A stretch of DNA of 64,000 nt from NCBI GenBank assembly GCA_003971905.1, contig RSEE01000050.1, forward strand, positions 372,001 through 436,000, written 5' to 3'. This DNA is from Moniliella sp. 'wahieum' (lineage: Eukaryota). Of the stretch, positions 62,634 through 64,000 are shown piece after piece. Below the pieces are notes generated by a model that worked only from the letters and a program-made list of their open reading frames with translations, did no database searches and was not told where the DNA came from. Numbering within the stretch: position 1 is the stretch's first letter; the number at the start of each line of letters is the position of its first letter. Position numbers and translations under genes: made by a program.

Positions 62634-64000
62634 TCAAAACCAGATCCAACTCACGAGACGAATCCAACCCGTGGGCGGTGACTCGACAGGTTCAGGGTTC
62701 TGGCGGTACTGAGTGATCCAAGGCTGGATGGGGACCTCACTGAGTGGGATCCACAGAGGTGTTTTTGTGACGAATTTGTATCCCAACAAGAGAAGCACAT
62801 TAACAATCGGGCAGCAATAGGCCGAGATGAACGTCTGGGCCTCCTGGTTGCCTGTAACAAAAAACTCGAACCCCCCTGTCAAAAGACAGAAAGAAGAACC
62901 AAGCAATCCGATCCAGGCCAGGTACGGCTGGAACCAGCTCTGCCACGGCAGCGAGGACCGCGGGATGCCCTGTTTCCGCATAGCGTAGTACACACGCAGA
63001 AAAATCAGGCATGTGACAGCCCATTGGTACAAGGCCAGCGAAGAGACCACACTCTGCAAGTATCCAAATACCTGCGTCGCACTCGAACTCACCACAGTGT
63101 ATCCCAGTGGGAACCCAGAGGTGACAACGAGCACGGCAACCCAAGGAACACCCCATCTGTGGGTCTTGAGAAACGCCTTGGGAGCAAACCCCATGTTTGC
63201 TAGGGCCATTGCTGAGCGGGACGCAGCGAGCGTACCTGCCGCACCAGAGCTGTACGCAGATGTGATACAAACTGCGTTGATGATCGAGGGTAACACTTTG
63301 ACGCCTGCATTGGAGGCGGCAACAACGTAGGGTGATGCGGAGGCGGTACCGGACGAGTTCAAGAGACGAGTATCATTGTAGGGCACAACAAGCCCGACAC
63401 AAAAGACGAGCAGAACGTAAATCCCGCCCACCCGGATAAACACACGCTTGGCTGCGCGAGGCAACGCCTGGCGTGGGTTGCGCGTTTCAGCAGCTGCGGC
63501 GCAGATCGTCTCAATTCCTTGGTAGCTGTACGCAGCGTTTGTGAGTGTGTACCAGAAGCCGAACCAGCGACCCTGGCACCCTTCAGCAGATACTCTGCCA
63601 TTGGGCCAGGATTGCGCCAATACTGAAACCCTGTCATGTGGCCGTGGGGGCCGGCTCCAAGGTCAATACAGATGCAAAAGATGACGAGTCCAATTGCTGT
63701 TGTGAGCTTGAGGATGGAAAACCCGTACTCTGTCTCGCTGTACAAACGAGTAAATGTCAAGTTGGTTGCAAGGAGAACAACGCCAAAGATGGTAATAAAC
63801 ACAGCAGGGGAGATGCTGTCGTTCCAGTATTGAACCAGAGTCGCTGCTGCCGTAAACTCAGCCGGAAGACTGACAAAATTGCCGTACAACATGGCCCAGC
63901 CACTTGCAAACGCCAATCCCTGAGAGACAAACATACCACTGTGGCGGACGTAGTAGCGCTCACTGGTGCCAAAGTGGAAAGCTGACCAGTGTCAGCAGGG
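62634..64000 (-). CDS. Amino-acid permease (APC/YAT family), 5' end outside window
   Basis: LAFASGW, PAEFTAA...VQYW, YSETEYGFSILK, GFQYWRNPGP, NAAYSYQGIE...AAETRNPR..LPRA.KRVFIR, ASPYVVA, FQPYLAW. Confidence 0.95.

Overview
Eukaryotic, GC-rich, intron-containing fungal DNA. Gene content and intron signals (GTRNGY...CTRAC...YAG) suggest a basidiomycete yeast, possibly Ustilaginomycotina; this is inference. About 25 protein-coding genes are recognisable. They include MIX23, a C2H2 TF, a histidine phosphatase, a Zn2Cys6 TF, SEM1, an Uds1-like coiled-coil protein, MIM2, IST3, a zinc metalloprotease-jacalin protein, MGST3, NDUFA1 and SNRNP40. Further along are a membrane-anchored GH79, MDJ1, DPM1, PEX2, an OPT transporter, YPT6/Rab6, an Ssr4-C-like protein and an amino-acid permease. 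Almost all carry single-base frameshifts, most simply explained as unpolished long-read errors, so gene coordinates are approximate. The most striking non-genic signal is a set of arrays of T[CG]A-N4 heptamers (7-bp period, N4 often a 4-bp palindrome that differs between loci) lying about 100-400 bp upstream of most genes. Also present are three dispersed degenerate repeat families, a TG...CA element with 10-bp inverted ends and a 12-bp flanking duplication, a possible Ulp1-protease relic, and hints of CpA->TpA (RIP-like) mutation in repeats. No tRNA, rRNA or CRISPR array was seen.
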